This document shows, piece after piece, positions 1-13,333 of a DNA stretch of 64,000 bases. The stretch is taken from the NCBI RefSeq assembly GCF_032191835.1, contig NC_083234.1, positions 27,714,001-27,778,000 of the forward strand, read 5' to 3'. A program made the position numbers and the translations under genes. The notes beneath the pieces were generated by a model. The model had not been told where the DNA came from. It saw nothing but the letters and a program-made list of their open reading frames with translations, and did no database searches. The stretch is from Heteronotia binoei (lineage: Eukaryota). Within the stretch, counting starts at the first letter, position 1, and every line of letters starts with the position of its first letter.

Positions 1-19
1 CGTGTGCATTATGTATTAC

Positions 20-235
20 ATACAGTTGCCAACTTTCAGGTGGTGGCTGGATATCTCCTGGGATTACAATTGTTCTCCAGGAAACTGAAATCAGTTCACC
101 TGGAGAAAATGGCCACTTTGGAAGGTGGGCATTATAGCACACTGAAGTCTCTTCTTGCCCCCAAACCCTGCCCTCACGCCCCACCCCCCAAAATCTCCTG
201 GTGTTTCCCAAACTGGAGCTGGCAACCCTGATACA
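20..235. mobile_element. Non-autonomous DNA transposon (MITE, 'TAGGGTTGCCA' family), degraded
   Basis: Starts TTGCCAAC and ends TGGCAACCCTG (inverted). The internal sequence recurs at ~3345, ~41760 and ~46990. Confidence 0.5.
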
Positions 236-1879
236 TAACTGAAGCAGATGCACTGAGTAAAAATGTTACTGCTAATCTTTATTCCTGCCCTATCTCCCAA
301 AATTAAAATCTGGCTTTGCACAAAAATGCTGGCAACTAGTTCCAAATCTTTATAGAGACACACACACTATTCTGGCAGCTGGCATAGAGTTTTAAAAAAC
401 ACAGCAAGCTGGAGTGGACTGACATTTTTTCTGCTTAGCTGGCAACTACGTTGAACTGTAGAATGTCAAATCACAAGTATTTTTGCTATAAATTGCTCAC
501 CAAATTTGCTCATTTTTGATATCAGATTGAAAACAGGCCATCTCCAAGGGAACTCACCATAAAGAGAAAGTTCACGTCAACTGGCTTTCTCTGCAACAGA
601 TGGCTGCCAAACTGCAGATAAATGTGCAGGTCTGAACTTCTTGTGGGGAGATCTAAACATCTTTTCTTAAGAAAACAAACTGGTAGCAAAAATATCACAT
701 TTACCCATATCTCAAACATTATTTGGTGAGAAAATGCAGTTTCCTTTCTACCAAATAGCACCCATATTCAGACTGCAGATTTGGTGTACAATGTGGCAAT
801 ATGAATCTTTAACTTATTTTTAACTTACCTTTACCTTATTAAATGGACAGCACCACAGGGTCTGATTGGCTTGGACCGGGGCAGTGGTGACAATTATAAC
901 ATTGCTTTTGTTGCTGCAGTGCAGTCCATGTTCAAGTGAACAAAGTTCTGTGGTACTACCAGCCAGTACAGAGGCCACTTGACTCCTTTTGCTCCCCAGG
1001 GTTGTTTTGACTCCTCAGTGCAAAACAATTCAGCTTTCAGAACATTCAGACCCTCCAATTCACAATAAGAACAAGAGGGCAGGTGACAACTGCTGTAGCC
1101 AATCTTGTTATGGAGGATCCCCCTTGACCCTCAGCATTGACTTTTCAGGGGACCTTCCAGGGTGGAGGGAGCCAATAAAAATCACTTCCACAAATTCACC
1201 TCATTCTTGGAAACATCAGATCCAACCTCAGGTAAGTTGGATCCCTGCCATAAGGAGGGGGGGGAGCTCTCAGAGCACTCATTTCAGAGTCTGCTCAAAT
1301 GAGACTCTTGGGGCTATTGGGAGTGGGGGGGATTTTCTAAAAACTGCAGAATGAAACTGAAGCCAGTACTTCAGTGTTCCAGCAGTAAGAATGGCAGAGG
1401 CAGATAGCAAATATCAACAGTTTTACAGCCCAGATGTCTTTTATATGCTAAATCTTAATTGGTACTAAAACAACCAGACTCTAATTGTAACTCTCTGGAG
1501 TTCTTTTCCATTTAAAGTAGCACCTTGGTGAATGTCGTCATTTTTCCTTAAGAAAGAAAGAAGTCTCAGCTGCACTTTACAGAATGTCACAGCTTGCTCT
1601 TTGGGGGTTCATGATACATATGCTTTCTGCAGAGATGTTTCATTTTTGCACGTGCATGTGAATGGAAGAAACCAGGTCCACGTCAACCCCAGCTGGATAA
1701 TTACCGTGATATCCAAAAGAGAGGAACACTGGTCTACAGCTTGGGTTCATTTCGAAATAAGCTGGTCAGAAGGTGGTTTTAAAACCTAGGAGCTGCCCAT
1801 GGGGGCTTGGACTAAAGTGAGGTTGGCAGTTTTTTAACTGACCCCTGTAGCTGGACATTTAGCAGCATGTGATCTTTAG

Positions 1880-2245
1880 CACCTGATGAAGTCAATGGAC
1901 AATAGATTCAAGATGGACAAAAGAAAGTACTACTTCTTCACTCAATGAATAATTGAATTGTGAATTGTATGTTGGTGGGTATAGTGCTGACCAGAAGCAC
2001 AGAAAGCCTTAAAGGAGGATTAGACATATTCATGGAAAAGAGGCCCATCAATGGCTACTAACCCTGGTGACTAAAGGAAACCCTCACATCCAAAAACAGC
2101 AAATCTTCGAATGCTAGGAGGCAATATCAGGGAAAGGCCTTGATTAGTTAATTGGCCCTCCAGAGCAACTAGTGGCCATTGTGCAAAATAGAGTGCTAGA
2201 TGAGATGGACCACTGGTCTATCCAGCAGGACTCCTCTTATGTTCT
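1880..2245 (+). mobile_element. CR1 LINE 3' fragment
   Basis: Similar to the CR1 RT C-terminal region and 3' UTR at 42800-43120 (…AAGTACTACTTCTTCACTCAA…, GGCCCATCAATGGCTACTAA, GGACTCCTCTTATGTTCT). Confidence 0.6.
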
Positions 2246-2479
2246 AGCAATTTGCAGACAATGATAACATTTTAACATGCTTAAAAGCTTCCACATATAT
2301 TTTTCTACTTATCTAGAAAGCCAAGACAGATTTTGTTTTCCTGGCTATTTGGCATCCCTAAATCCAAGGTCTGTGAAGCCCAGAGCCTCCAGTCTTAGCT
2401 ATTCATATGTCTTCAGGAAGTTGCTGTAGAAGAGGGCTGGCAAAGTCCAGATTGCTTCCTGCTCATTCAGTGTGAACGC

Positions 2480-2690
2480 CTGAAGCTGCTTTACATTGAA
2501 TGGACTATTGGTCCATCAAGGTCAGTGTTGTTTACTTAGACTGACAGCAACTCTCCAGGGTCTCAGAGTAGTCTCAGGCAGTGGTTTTTCATATCACCCA
2601 TCACTTGTTCCTTTAAGATGGAGATGCTGAGGATTGAACATGGGACTTTCTACATGACAAATTCTCTGCTAATGAACCACAGGCACTCCC
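2480..2690 (-). mobile_element. tRNA-derived SINE (squamate family)
   Basis: Reverse complement of the family seen at 3845-4020 and 35155-35360. Confidence 0.6.
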
Positions 2691-3149
2691 ACTAGCTTAG
2701 ATGACTTTTCAAAGGATCTACCCATAGTCATAGCTAATAGAACCTGGAGTTACACAGACAATATAACTAGCTACCAGGGGAAGAAGCTACTGTCATGTCA
2801 TGTGACAACAATTCATTTTGGGAGTACCTTTGAATTTGATGCTACTGCCCCAAGCTGGTAGACTGGGAGCTTGGGAAAGATTTTCTGCAAATTGCAGGTT
2901 TTGCATTGTAAGAATTACTGAGACACTGATGTTAAACCAGGAGCTAACTTGTTAATTATAAACTTCTCAGGAATAATCTGTAGGGAAACTTCTGCAGCTT
3001 ATACACAACAGGCTGGGGTTTTTTTTTCTCTGCTTGGTCTTTGCATCTAATTGCTATTTCCATACCATAAAGATGCAGAAGCTGTTCCTTGCCTAAAGGT
3101 AGAGCGTGCACACCTGAAACCCAAAGCGCTGTAACACTGTAGTAAAGTT

Positions 3150-3312
3150 GCATAGACTCCTTTACATATTAGGCCACACACCCCTGATGTAAATCCTGGA
3201 GCTTACAGTAGGCCCTGTACTAAGAGCCCTGTAAGCTCTTGGAGGATTGGCTACATCAGGAGGGTGTTGCCTAATAGACAAAGGAGTTCCTGTTATAAAA
3301 AAAAAAGCCCTG
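3150..3312. mobile_element. hAT-like MITE fragment (CATATTAGGCCACACCCCTGATG family)
   Basis: Internal inverted repeat. Same core as 9684-9840 and 18265-18535; ends AAAAAAAGCCCTG. Confidence 0.55.
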
Positions 3313-3344
3313 TTTAAAGTAGCATTCAGACTGAAAAGTTGAGG

Positions 3345-3530
3345 GTAGAGTTGCCAACCACCTAGAATTATGGTTTATTTCCAGATGGAGATCAGTTCTC
3401 CTGGAGAACATAGCTGTTGTGGAGGGTGAACTCTATGGCATTACACCCTTCCCTTCCCAAACCCTAAGCTCTCTATGCTCCACTCCCAAATCTCCAAGAA
3501 TTTCCCAACCCAGAGCTGACAACCCTTGGT
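3345..3530. mobile_element. MITE ('TAGGGTTGCCA' family)
   Basis: TAGAGTTGCCAAC…CTGACAACCCT termini; same family as 20-235. Confidence 0.5.
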
Positions 3531-3844
3531 AGGGAAGTGAGACACTTTTGAATGTTCTTGCATATCAAAGTCTTTATGCCTTTGCAACGGCAGCACGTCA
3601 GAAAGATGATTTCCATTCTAGCCTCCTCCTTTCTCCTTGACATGATCTGTCAGATGCACCCCCTTCACACACACAGTTTGAAATAGTATAGTCCCAGGAA
3701 CACAATACCATATGATTTTTCTGTTCATCCATCACATCATCTTCTCTGGCCCAGTGTTTGTGGATTGAGGCAAATTATTTTTGCCATAAGGAATTTCTCA
3801 CAGGTTGAGGAAAAGAATAGCTTCAAAATGTATTCCTTTGGGAG

Positions 3845-4020
3845 AGGGCTGTGATTCAGTGGAAGAGTGTTTAGCATGCAGAAGGTCTCAGGTTCAATCT
3901 CCAGCATCTCTAGTTGAAAGGACCTGGCAGTAGGTGCTGTGGAGAGCCACCTCCCATCTGAGTAGACAACACTGACCTTGATGGACCAAGAGTCTGATTC
4001 AGTAGAAGGCAGCTTTAAGT
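3845..4020 (+). mobile_element. tRNA-derived SINE
   Basis: GGGCTGTGATTCAGTGG (A-box-like)…GGTTCAATCTCC (B-box-like) head followed by the family body ending GGCAGCTT. Confidence 0.65.
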
Positions 4021-5429
4021 GTATGCATAGTTAGCAGTGAGAAGATAGCACAGTGGGATCAGAACTATCTTCCTCCTAACTAAAAGCTGCTGAGGTATGA
4101 GTTCTTTTCTATCAGGGGAATTGTTCACCTCCCCCTTCCCTAGGGCTGTATCTCCCACCCATACCCCTGCCACCTGCAGCTGCTGTTCCAAGCTCAACCA
4201 TACACCTGGGGATCTGATCATGGAACTACATCTCACATCACTGGGCCCTTAGTCATTGACTTATGGCAAGGGTCCCAACCGGTCATCTTTGGGTGTGAGC
4301 CTGTTTTGCACATGTAGTGGATAAAATGTGTTTTGCTAACCTCCCTGTGAGCCTGGAGGCAAAAGTCCCAGAAAGCAAACATCAGATGCATGTGGAGAGA
4401 AACTGGATGTCAAAAATCTACCAGCACAGCTCTAGCTTTGCAAGACACCCAGCCCCCACGGGGCTTGATCTCACCCTCGCCTGTATTTTGGGAAGAAGAT
4501 GGGATGGAAACACCCACTCCAGATGCAGACTGTGGGAGCCACATCCACATGGTACTTTGCAACTAGTGATTTTTTTAATGCAGCCATTGAGAAACACCCA
4601 TAGAATTATTACAGCCCCTGCAAAAAAGGAGAGATGTTGGCCTTGGTCTCTCCCCTGCCCCACACCCCTTGGGGCGACTATTCTTGTTCTCTGTTCTGGA
4701 ATTTGTAACTTTCCAGCTTTCACCATCCAGGAGTTGCAGAGTGCAAAGTTCTCAAGAAAAGGAGATTGGATGATTTCCCAATACACTCAGCCTCAGGTTT
4801 CCTTGGCAAACATGAGGGGAAAGAGAGAAATTTTTTCCCCCTCTAAGTGCCTTGTCTGAGCTTGTACAAGGAGACTTGGCAACCCAAAATGATCCACTGT
4901 CGCCTTAGCAACAAACGACTAAATAATGACAATTAGCCGAAATAGCGGAGGGAACTGGGCCAAGGCAAACACCATTAAATTACCTGCAGTTCCTCCTCCC
5001 TAACATTCACACACCAGGGCCCCTCCAAACAGCCAATCTTTTAATTAAAATTAATTGCTTATTACTAAAAGAGCAAAAAAAAAATCTTTTTAAAAAACCA
5101 TGAGGAATACAGAGCATGAGACTACCTGTCAGGAATCCCTTCCAGGTGAAGCCAGAGCCAAGCGAAACAACATTCCCTCGAGTCTTCTGATGTGGCCCAA
5201 TTTCCTTACACCTTGTTGCATCCTCCAAGCAGAGGAGAAATGCAGAGAGGATGGCCAGAGCCCTCCCCACCCCCTGGGAGGAGTCTTGATACAGATGGTA
5301 CATGATGGGGGAACTGGGTCTCCTGATGAGCTTAGATGGCAAAATGAGATTCCGGCTAATTTGCTAAATACAAAGGCTGGGGTGATGTCACTAGTCTAGT
5401 CCAGGCACAAGTGAACACGCATACAAAGC

Positions 5430-5765
5430 TGCCCTATGCTGAATCAGACCCTTGCTTCATCAAAGTCAGCATTGTCTACTCAGACTGGCAGCAGCTTCCC
5501 AGGGTCTTGGGCAAGGACTTTCATATCATCTGCTAATCAATCTTTGTTACCTGGAGATGCCTGGGATTGACTCTGGAGCCTTCTGCATGCCAAGCAAATA
5601 CTCTTCCACCAAGCCACAGCATCTCCCAGCTGGTGGTGGCTCTCCAAGGTCTCAGGCAGAGGTCTTTCATCTCAACTACTGCCTGGTCCTTTTAACTGGA
5701 GATGTGAGGGACTGAAACTGGGACCTTCTGCATGCCAAGCAGATGCTGTACCACTGAGCTGCAGA
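5430..5765 (-). mobile_element. Two adjacent tRNA-derived SINE copies
   Basis: Two tandem reverse-complement copies of the 3845-4020 family. Confidence 0.6.
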
Positions 5766-5899
5766 GACAGAAAGATCCATGCTGTCCAGCACGGAGGATA
5801 CTCTCTGCGTCAGCACCTGCTGTTCCCTCCTGCTAAAAAAGCTGTGTGCATCCAAATCATCCTGCCCCAAATCTAGTTTATATGGCTATTTGAATCACC

Positions 5900-6335
5900 A
5901 GAACAAAGTTTGAGTCCAGTGGCACCTTTAAGACTGACAATGACTGATTTCCCACTAGCCTTATGCCGCCCTCACGCTCCTCTTCTCTACAGGGCTTCCA
6001 TCTGATTTCACACTATCTGCCCCAGGGCTGCAACTAGCTTCGCCTTTTTCGTGCAGCAAACAGAAACTGGTTTTTAGAGGATCTTGTTTGCTGCGCGAAA
6101 GAGGCGGAGTGAGCTGCAGCCCCAGGGCAGATAGTGTGACATCCGGTGGAAGCCCCACCTAGAAGAGGGGAGTGAAAGCGGCATAAGGCTAGGTATAAGC
6201 TTTTGCATGCATGCACACTTCTCAAACAGTTATACCCAGAATTAAACTTTGTTGATCTTAAAGGGGCCAGTGGACTCAAGCTTTGTTCTGCTGCTTCAAG
6301 ACCAAGGTGGCTATCCCACCTGAATCTATTTGTTA
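5900..6335. mobile_element. Penelope-like element inverted terminal-repeat remnant, interrupted by a MITE
   Basis: GAGTCCAGTGGCACCTTTAAGAC… then, after the MITE, GTATAAGCTTTTGCATGCATGCACACTTC and the opposite arm TATACCCAGAATTAAACTTTGTTG…GGACTC. Same family as 31545, 45497 and 46090. Confidence 0.55.
5955..6192. mobile_element. Fold-back MITE (~238 bp near-palindrome)
   Basis: Arms CTAGCCTTATGCCGC…GCAGCAAACA and TGTTTGCTGC…GCGGCATAAGGCTAG pair over ~110 bp. Possible TA target duplication. Confidence 0.7.
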
Positions 6336-7079
6336 TCATGTTAGCAGCATGAGGTTCCTTCCTTCAGCAACCTGATCCCCAATCTTCAAAGCAGCCACAT
6401 CCTAATTAACTTTCACAAAAGCTGCGAGAGATTCTAATCGCAGGACCTCACGCTCACACCACATGTAATCTTGCCCTGATCAGAGAACTTTCATTCAGAC
6501 CTGAATGTCATTTCATGCTCTGTTATACCTAAGCATTATTGATCCTGTCCAGTAATCAGACCTAATCATATCCTCTGTGTCACTGCAACAATACCAAACA
6601 CAGAGAGAACTTGCAGGGAAGTGGCTGATTTGCAAGAGATGGAAATGCAGTTAATCTATCAACAGCAAAGGATGCAATTTTATTTATTTGCCTTTGCAAA
6701 CAAAGCGTCTCCCTCCAAATGCCGAAATCGGATCCAGGCAGATCGATATCCGTGGAATTAATTAAGTCAAAAAGGCAAGCCATCTGTTTGCCCTGCTGAG
6801 GTGTGTCTATTCCCCTCCAGGCGCCTCTGTCAGTGTTTGGAGACTGCTCTTTATTTCGTCTGCAATCGGAACATGTGTGAGATTGCACAGATAGGAGAAA
6901 GCCAGCCGCATGAGGACAGTGCCAAGATAGTTTTATAATTATGTAAATACCTTCTTTCCTCACTCTGTAAGGTTTAATAACACCTAGAAATTTGAAACTG
7001 AAGTCTCTTCTGCTAGATTAGCTTACCTTTCCAGTCACATAACTGTGAAATAAAATTTGTTTCTCCCCCCCCCCCTTAC

Positions 7080-7270
7080 CATCAAGTCATAGCCAACTTA
7101 TGGCAGCCCTGTAGAGTTTTCAAGGCCACAGGTTTTCAGAGGTAAAAGTTTGCTAATGCCTGCCTCTATGTAGCAACCCTGGACTTCCTTGCTAGTCTCC
7201 AACAGAGTTAACCCTGCTTAGCTTCTGAGATCTGACAAGACTAAGCCAGCTTTGGGCTATCCAGGTCACA
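7080..7270 (-). mobile_element. 5S rRNA-derived SINE (5S-Sauria type)
   Basis: Reverse complement contains GATCTCAGAAGCTAAGCAGGGT, the 5S internal promoter region, plus a BovB-like tail. Confidence 0.55.
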
Positions 7271-7484
7271 CTTTTCCAAAATTGCAGGCTTCCGTACATT
7301 GTATGTACACAACAATCAGCTACCTCTGGCTGCGCCATTCCAGACTGTATGGGAAAGATCAAAGGAAAACATACCCATGTTTTATAAGCCTTTCCATGCC
7401 AGTGAGATAGTAGGCGTGGTAGTTTGTGGTAGAGACGGCCAATATTAGCACTTTTCATCCTGGGATGCTTTACAGTTTATGGGT

Positions 7485-7595
7485 CCCTGACCTGGATAGC
7501 TCAGGCAAGCCCAGTCTCATCAGATCTCGGAAGCTAAGCAGGTTCGACTCTGGCAAATACTTGGATGGGAGATTTCCTTGGAATACCAGCAGCTG
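7485..7595 (+). mobile_element. 5S rRNA-derived SINE head / 5S pseudogene
   Basis: CCCAGTCTCATCAGATCTCGGAAGCTAAGCAGG…TACTTGGATGGGAGA…GGAATACC matches the 5S rRNA body with many substitutions; the 5' end is not 5S. Confidence 0.6.
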
Positions 7596-7796
7596 GGAGG
7601 CAGGGGCAGACATCCACCTTTCTGAAGATCCTCCAGGCCCCCAATAGGGGGTTATTCACCAGAGGTCGCTGACTTCCAGTTGTACACATGAACACACACC
7701 AGGCACATATAAAAATGCATATTTTTTTTTGCAAAAAAAACAGTTTATGGAGAACACCTCTCTGCAGGGCAGCAACATTGGCTCACAAGACAATGG

Positions 7797-8070
7797 AGAG
7801 CCAGTTTGGTGTAGTGGTTAAGTGTGCGGACTCTTATCTGGGAGAACCAGGTTTGATTCCCCACTCCTCCACTTGCACCTGCTAGCATGGCCTTGGGTCA
7901 GCCATAGCTCTGACAGAGGTTGTCCTTGAAAGGGCAGCTGCTGTGAGAGCCCTCTCCAGCCCCACCCACCTCACAGGGTGTTTGTTGTGGGGGAGGAAGG
8001 TAAAGGAGATTGTGAGCCGCTCTGAGACTCTTTGGAGTGGAGGGCAGGATATAACTCCAATATCTTCTCT
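7797..8070 (+). mobile_element. tRNA-derived SINE (CCAGTTTGGTGTAGTGG family)
   Basis: Full-length copy with A/B-box head and a TCTT tail. At least 10 related copies occur in the window. Confidence 0.8.
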
Positions 8071-9683
8071 TTCAAAAAGATGTGAAACAACTGGAGGGGT
8101 GTGATCTGTTTAGAGCATCAAAATGGGAGTGGGGGCCAGGGGAGGGCAAGTTATTCAGCCTGAGGGCTACATCTGGGTCTCTGCCCCCTTTGGATGGCTC
8201 TGAGGTGTTGCAAGCAGGAAAAGCCAGCAAGTGTCTTGAAGTCCTCAAAAATGGGTAGAGACCCAGATGTTGTTCTTAGGCTGAAAAATGTGTCTACTCC
8301 TGATCCTGGATTTTATGGCTCAGCAGCATCTAGGCCACATGGACACCTGCATGTTTAAGACAGTTGTCTGTAATTCTCCAAGCTGCTCAGGCCTAAATGT
8401 CCTTGTCAGGCTCTCCCTCAAGACCTCGGGCAGAGATTTGGCATTCTCGGCACAAGCAACATGAGATCCTTGCAACTGGAGATGCCACAGACTGAACCTG
8501 GAAACTTCAACTCATACAAAAAGTCTATGCTGTGCCACTAGGGCCCAGATGCTGCCACAGAAAAAGGAGATTAAATATCTGGTTGATCTTGTTAAAGGTT
8601 TTCCATTTATCCTGGCTTTTGTTTTTGGTAACACACCAGCACTCATTTTCGATCATCTCAGATCCTCTTTGTACTAAATGTGGCTTAGCATGTCAAAATG
8701 TTGAAAAGATCATTTTAAAAGAGGTGGTTCTACATAAGCCATTGGTTTACAAAACTTGCACCATCTATCTACACAAAATCTACCCAGTTCTATCCTTCCA
8801 TATTGTTCCAAAGGACTAAAAAGACTGGGCTGGATCCTTTCTCTATCCCAACTCTCTGTTTATTAAAATATTTATACCCTACCTTTTGTTTTGGCTCAGG
8901 TTAGAAGCCACCTTCCTTCTGTCTAAGGAGACTTCTTCCAACTTAAATGACTCTCATTAGAGGACAAACCATTAAAGTTGAAGGAAGTTTCCTTAGGCTA
9001 GAGAAAGGATACTTGAAGGATAGATGGATCCCACTAGCTCTAAATTACATTATTGTTATAAGAGTCAATGGAAATGTATTCCTTTGATCTCAAAAAGTCA
9101 TGTGATAAATCCTTATTCAAGATCTTGAGAGGTTACCACAGCTAAAGAGGGATCAGTGCTCAAAAGGTGCTATTGGAACATAAGCAAAATGAAGTTCCTT
9201 CACTGAGGGCTACATAGAAAGTCTCTACAGCAAGGAACAGAACTTAAATGTTGAAAGATGTGCATTTTGAGCAGATTTAAATTCCCTATGCCTTAAAGAA
9301 ATTCACTGTACATTACTTATCTTTGGCTGACTTATGTTAACTTTGGCTCTTGTCAGATATGAGCAAAGTTGATGTAAATCCAAGCGACGCCACACAAGCT
9401 CCAACAACATGATTGTCATTCAGAACTGCAGTGATATATACACATTCTCCAAGGATACCTCCTCTCCACCACACACACACATACACACAGAGGAGTCAAC
9501 CCAAGTCAGTTCTGGCTTGGGTGCATCTCAGTTGGCATAAGATCAATGGTGTCAGGTTGATGGCAATTACTCCATCTGCTGTTCATAAATACATCAAGCA
9601 GAGTTCATTAAACGTAATGTGTTAGTCAGGGAGAGGAAGAGAACATTAGCTGGGTTCAGCAAATCCACAAGAAGACTCACAAG

Positions 9684-9840
9684 CAGGGGTGGAATTCTAG
9701 CAGGAGCTCCTTTGCATATTAGGCCACACCCTTGATGTAGCCAATCCTCCAAGACTTTTTTGTAAGCTCTTGGAGGATTGGCTACATCAGTGGTGTGTGG
9801 CCTAATATGCAAAGGAGCTCCTGCTAGAATTCCATCCCTG
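9684..9840. mobile_element. hAT MITE, palindromic, with 8-bp TSD
   Basis: CAGGG…CCCTG hairpin flanked by a perfect direct repeat CTCACAAG (9676-9683 and 9841-9848). Confidence 0.85.
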
Positions 9841-9979
9841 CTCACAAGCATTGCACATAGATTGCAGAAAGTATTTGATCCATTCTTTGGCGCCTCCAGC
9901 TGAAGAATTCCAGCTCTCAAGACGACAATAGAGAACTACCACCAACCAGACAAGGCAGCACTTAGAAGAATTGGTGTTT

Positions 9980-10496
9980 AGAAGAAGAGTTCATTTTTAT
10001 ACACTGCTTTTCTCTAATCTGAGGAGACACAAATTAGCTCACTATCTTCTTCCCTTCCTCTCCTCACAACAGGCCCCTTTTGAGGTGGGTAGGGCTGAGA
10101 GAGTTCTGAGAAAACCATGGCTGGCCCAAGGTCACCCAGCAGGCTTTATGTAGAAGAGTAGGGAAAAACGTAGTTCTCCAGATTCAAATCCAGTTCTGGT
10201 CCCACTGGTGGACCTCAAGATGACACCTGAAGGAGGATTCGTTTTATACCCGGCCTTTCTCTCGGAATCTCAGAGCAACTTACAATCTCCTTTCTCTTTC
10301 TCTACCCACCACAGACATCCCGTGAGGTAGGTAGGGCTGAGAAAGCTCTGACAGAAACTGCTCTTGAGAGAACAACCCTGACAGAATTATTACTGACCCA
10401 AGGTCATACCAGCAGTTGCATGTGGAGGAGTGGGGAATCAAACCTGGTTCTCCCAAATTAGAGTGCATACACTTAACCACTATACCAAACTGGCTC
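9980..10496 (-). mobile_element. Two SINE copies (CCAGTTTGG family)
   Basis: Reverse-complement copies at ~9980-10185 and ~10235-10496. Confidence 0.7.
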
Positions 10497-11651
10497 TCCA
10501 CCAAACAGAGTTGGATTGGATGGGCCACTGGTTTAATCAACATGGCTTCTCTTATGTTATGTGGCACACCCAGCTGGATTTGACCACACATTAGATTCCG
10601 CTGCTCTTAACCACGACATCACATTGGCTCTCCACTTGCTAGGTAGATGCATCAACACTAGGTCAATACAAGGCAACTGTTTTATGTTCATTTGAACTTC
10701 AATGGATACAAGAAAGCCTTGATGTAGAGTTATTGTCAGGAGACCACATTCAGTGCCTAAGGAGCTTCAGTGGAACTCCAAAATTGTCTTTGTTTTCATC
10801 CCCTTGTTACCCAGTAGAACCACTATACCACATCTGACTTGTCCTGCCTGATGACACATGTATCATAGAACTGTGCTTAAAGCCAGACTTGCCAGGTAAA
10901 TGCCTTACAGTGCAAGGATGTAACTCTGTTTTGGATGGCCTTGTTAGTCCTTCAGAGAACATATGCTAACCATTGAAAGTGAGTGGTTAGAGATAAGACA
11001 TCCAAAGAGTGGTGACGTGGCACACCCAGCTGGATTTGACCACCACGCATAATTTAATTTTTGGATTTATATCCCACCCTATCCCACAAGCGGGCTCAGG
11101 GCAGCTCACAACAGCAGTCTCAATACACAGTACAAGTTAAAATCTACAACACAGAACACACAAAATAAAAAAAATAAATAAAAAGAAATACAATGTCTCG
11201 GGTATAATGGCAAGATCATACAATGGCATATGGCTGATGACACCTGGATCTATTCCCCTGGATAAAATAGGAGCAACCAGGTGCTCTTCTGATTCAGTTA
11301 GAATCCAGTCCAAGGACCCCAGGGATAAAACGCCAGGTGACAAATTTGTTCAATGTGCATGCTGCTTGGCAAAATGGTTATCCCAACTGCTTCATCATGC
11401 TGCCAGCTGGAGTTTCAGCACAGGACAAGCTATTAATGCCCTACATCAGTGCGCTGAACATTGTCTTACAACCAGGGTAATCTTCCTTTTGAGTAAGCAC
11501 AATAGTTTTTGTGAACTGGCAGGCAGCCAGTTACTGAGGGGCAGGAACCAAGTTGAACAAGATGGTAATCTACATATACATAGGAAGACACCCCATTGCT
11601 AACTTGGTTAGAGCAAGGTGGACTTTTGTAACTTGCCCATCAATTGGTTGA

Positions 11652-11925
11652 GAGCCAGTTTGGTGTAGTAGTTAAGTGCGTGGACTGGTTGAGACCCAGT
11701 TTGGTGTAGTAGTTAAGTGCTGGGAGAAGCAGGTTTGATTCCCCACTCTTCCACATGCAGCTGCTGGTGTGACCTTGGGTTAGCCACAAGTTCTCAGCAG
11801 AGCTGCTCTCTCAGCTCCACCTACCTCAAAGGGTGTCTATTGTGGGGAAAGAAAGGGAAAGGAGATTGTAAGCCACTCTGAAACTCCGAGTGAAGGGCGG
11901 GGTATAAATCCAATCTCGTCCTCCT
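11652..11925 (+). mobile_element. SINE (CCAGTTTGG family) with duplicated head
   Basis: CCAGTTTGGTGTAGTAGTTAAGTGC occurs twice, followed by the body and tail. Confidence 0.7.
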
Positions 11926-12874
11926 CTTCTTGTTATGGACTCCACTGCACCATTTGCCTTTTGGCTTCTGATGAGGGATTCTATTAAAGCCTTTCAGACG
12001 GGTAGAGTTAGAAGGCAGGAGAGAACTCTTTTGACAGCAAATGACCATTCTGGTCAGTATAGCTTGTTGTGACAGAATTACATGAGAAAATCAAAACCTT
12101 GTGAAAATTGTGTAAATCAGAGATTGATCCTGCAGGGAAGAAGCAGAGGCCCCAAAACTCAAATTCCAACCCAGCTCATTTTCCGTGCCAGATTTCATTC
12201 CTCTAAATGCACATAACAGTAAAGAAGACTGCCTTGGACCATGTGCAGAGTGCATTTCCCACATCACTTAAACACAGCTAACTTCCACTCATCATGGACA
12301 GCAGAAAGATGTGATAGGTGGGCATTTCTTTATTACATCTGCATCCCAGTTTTGCATATGATAGGTTACAGGGTGATATAAAATCCCTGCGAGTTAAGTT
12401 GGACTGAGAGCTGTACTTGTAGAGTTGCCCAAGGCATTAGAGTTCAGCAGTATAGTTGGATTACCATATTTAGGGAGAGGAATTATTTTTTAAAAAAAAA
12501 TACATGTCCTTGCTTTTGAGAGGGGGCTAAATTTTGTGCTCCTGCATTTAATAGAGCCCCTGTTTTTCTGTTATATTTTTAAAAGCTCATTGGGGGAGGA
12601 ATTTTGACCTGAAAGGGGGAGAGTGCTTTCTCTTTCTTTCTACTCTCACTTGTTTCCTCCAAAATGTGTGTTTGTGTTAAACCTGGAGCAGAGAAATAGT
12701 TGGCAGGAGCAGAACAAACCTGTCCTGTCCCATCCCTGCTCAAAATCCTCCTCCCCGAAGTGGCTTTCCTTTTAAAAACATTGATCAGCATCATGAGCTC
12801 TATTATGCACACACATGCATAACATGTACACATAGGAAACTGTCTTATAGTGAACCAGACCATTGGTTCATCAT

Positions 12875-13333
12875 CAGGGGCTGCTTTGTAGAAAAAAAGG
12901 TGGTTGAGCTCATTAGTATAATATTAGCATATGCTGCCCCCCCTGCCCTGCCCCGCCAAAAGCAAGAAAGGAGAGGCCTGCTTGGGCTGGCTAGAGATCC
13001 AGCCAGCCCAAGCAGACGTTGCTCACCTTGGGCTCTCCTTGGCCGCCGCCACCCCCCCCCCCCCGCCCTCAAAAGGCCAGCAAGCCACCTGCCACCCGAA
13101 ATTACATAAGAAGTGGAGAATGGTGGCATGGGTTTCTCCAGGGGTTAATGAGGGCTGCTGGGGGTGTGGCAAAGCTCCTAGTGGCTGGCTGGCTGCTCTC
13201 CTAATCCAGGGAGTGTTATGCAGCTGCATCTACTATTCAATGGACAAGGGAGGGAGGGAGGGAGGGAGGGGGAAGACCCTCAGAAAGGTTCAGGAGCTGT
13301 GCTCCTGTGAGCTCCTGCTAAATTCAAGGCCTG
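12875..13333. mobile_element. hAT-like non-autonomous element (~460 bp)
   Basis: CAGGGG…GGCCTG ends. An opposite-orientation copy lies at ~31735-32220. Confidence 0.6.

Noticed and set aside
4140-4275. Possible Ig-like exon (GCISHPYPCHLQL…)
   Set aside because: Only superficial resemblance, with no partner exons and the wrong strand relative to the expected VSIG10L2 orientation.
7485-7595. Functional 5S rRNA gene
   Set aside because: Heavily substituted with a non-5S 5' end; it is a SINE3/5S-derived repeat.
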